The notes under the pieces: generated by a model
What the model was told of the DNA's origin: nothing
The model's database searches: none
What the model saw: only the letters and a program-made list of their open reading frames with translations
In this document: positions 62,183 through 64,000 of the stretch, in pieces
Layout of the letters: every line of letters starts with the position of its first letter
How positions within the stretch are numbered: the stretch's first letter is position 1
Made by a program: the position numbers and the translations under genes
Assembly (NCBI GenBank): GCA_022813865.1
Contig: JALDZX010000014.1
Location: forward strand, 248,001-312,000
Length of the DNA stretch: 64,000 bases
Direction of reading: 5' to 3'
Origin: Xylographa opegraphella
Taxonomy: Eukaryota

Positions 62183-63256
62183 CGTTTTTGGCTTCATGTG
62201 GGGAAGTTGAGGACGAATTGAGCATGCGCCTACTCGCTCAAGGGTCATGTGGTGCATGTGGGTAGATGGGGGTAAAAGCGTCGCGCTTCTACAGGCACAG
62301 CAATGATGCTCAACGGCCGGTTGAACATCCAACAAAAAGCCTCCGTAATTATCACTTTCAATAATTCTGTATTTTGTTCACTTGACTATGAGAATGTGTC
62401 TTCACTGTACATTCGTACCCTAAGGTACTTTAGGCACTCAAATAGTCGACCGCGGTAGTTGCCTGTCACAATATACTTGAACGTTAATGACAGTCAGAAC
62501 CCTCGCAACTCAATGGCAACGTAGTCGCTGTAATTGGGAATAGCTTGAATATTAGCTTCTGTCCGCTTTCGGACATGTTGTTCAACCCTACCACACCACC
62601 ATTGTCGATATCCCTTCTTTATCCACGAATGCTTGCAACTGTTTTTACGGCAAGGAATGCGATCATGCGGTCAATGGGAATGGTACAAGAGCTGATAAAC
62701 TACTGTGACCCTCGTGTTCATGTCGTCTTCAAAAGTTTATTGTATCGGGAGTTGTGGGAGCGTCTACGTCGTGAAATCTCATGGGGTATATCAACCAAAG
62801 CTCACTCATAGTAGTCACAAGTAGCCAAGTCCTGTGATCAAGTCGTTATGCTATCCTATTGTACGCTTATCGCTCGCACGCAGGTACATGAAGGTAAGAA
62901 ACAAACAACGTCCGAGACAATGCAGCGAACACGGCAAACCGTCGTACTTATGGGTAGCCGAGTCTCAAAAGTAGTCCGTTATGGTAATCATTCTGGACGC
63001 ACATTGCTCGCAAAATGCCTTGAGGCAGGAAAAAAAGGAGGAGAGTGGGGTACAAAGGGGCAGTACAGAACAGAGAATGCTCAACCATCGTAGTCGTAGG
63101 TAGTCGAGTCGTAACAAGCCGTTCGTCATGATATGCGCATTGCTCACATGTCCAGAGGGGCAAGAACCCACGCAACAAGAAAAGAACTGAACACAAGCCA
63201 CAGGCTATTGCGCGTTAGCTGCAGCACTTTACACGAGCCAAGACAACCTTGCTCAC

Positions 63257-64000
63257 CTAATCATCCAGCCTCCAGCCGCCTTTAGGATCGGCGTCCTCAG
63301 CCCCAAACCCTTCCCACCCTTTCCCAAATATTGGTACGTAGCCCGATTCCAGTCTCTGGTAATCAGCTACCCCAGGAAATCCTTCGCCACGAAGGCGGTA
63401 CTCCCAGCCTCGAATGGTGGGGTGCTGTCGCTGCCAGATCCGCAGCGGCCAATACTTGGCCTCCCAACGCTCCAAATGGGCCCTCATGCCACCTCCGAAC
63501 ACAATACCGAACTTGTCAAAGTACATGGCTCGGCAGCTTGGAGTGCAATCTTTGACAAGTGCAGGCACGCCGCTCCAGAGGCATTCACAGGGGTCTGCTT
63601 CCGATCCTAGTCTCGTGTCGTATTTAAACTCGAGCTTGAATTGGATCGTCAAGATTCGTTCCGTCGCATCGGTCCACTTCTGCTGGAGCCGAAGGCAGTA
63701 CCTCAGGAGGGCGAAGAGGTATTCCAGTGCCCCAGTGTTTGCTTGTCGGAAGAATGCCATGTTCAATAGACGTTCGACGCGCGGCTTGTACACCGCTGCC
63801 ACGTCTTCCGGCCATTCGACGATTTCTGAGGTCGAACCTCCCAAAAACAAGGTATACTGGCCTTTATTGAATATGGCGAATGTTTGTTGACGATGTTTTT
63901 GAAAACTTCGGTTCTTGAAATCTACTGTAAGGACGGGATCTTCGTCGACGTCGATGATCGCTGGGTATCGTCGATAAAAGCGGTCTGGCTGTGAACCTGG
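63257..64000 (-). CDS. Hypothetical protein, 5' end outside window
   Basis: Frame is open from 64000 (PGSQPDRFYRRYPAII..) to the stop at 63257, at least 247 codons. Trp/aromatic-rich, no recognised domain. Confidence 0.55.
   Translation of the reverse strand, partial: PGSQPDRFYRRYPAIIDVDEDPVLTVDFKNRSFQKHRQQTFAIFNKGQYTLFLGGSTSEIVEWPEDVAAVYKPRVERLLNMAFFRQANTGALEYLFALLRYCLRLQQKWTDATERILTIQFKLEFKYDTRLGSEADPCECLWSGVPALVKDCTPSCRAMYFDKFGIVFGGGMRAHLERWEAKYWPLRIWQRQHPTIRGWEYRLRGEGFPGVADYQRLESGYVPIFGKGWEGFGAEDADPKGGWRLDD

Overview
Filamentous-ascomycete (Pezizomycotina-type) genomic DNA in two sharply separated compartments. (1) About 1-21,850 is an AT-rich block ruined by RIP-type C>T/G>A mutation. 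It holds a still-decodable chromodomain Ty3/Gypsy relic (minus strand, running off the left edge), a solo LTR of the same family with a 5-bp TSD, two unrelated unmutated 183-bp solo LTRs with TSDs, and further LTR ends around two N-gaps. About 15 kb of degenerate DNA in the block could not be assigned. The mutation pattern visibly spares CpG. (2) About 21,850-64,000 is intron-containing, gene-dense euchromatin: BRD8-like bromodomain protein, DPH1, HMG-CoA lyase, Gta3/GatC-like, a DUF6536-like membrane protein, SEC17, a small single-TM protein, MMS22/Mus7, IES2, PEX14/17 (PEX33)-like, MGS1 and BNA3-like aminotransferase. Four highly diverged paralogues with intronless ORFs (173-185 aa) and F-box-like motifs lie between the core genes, one with a triplicated ~123-bp leader. 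All calls come from reading the sequence and recalled family motifs; no searches were run. No clearly novel system is proven. The best leads are the F-box-like paralogue set, the CpG-sparing RIP signature, the RIP-escaping mini-LTRs and the unassigned RIP relic.
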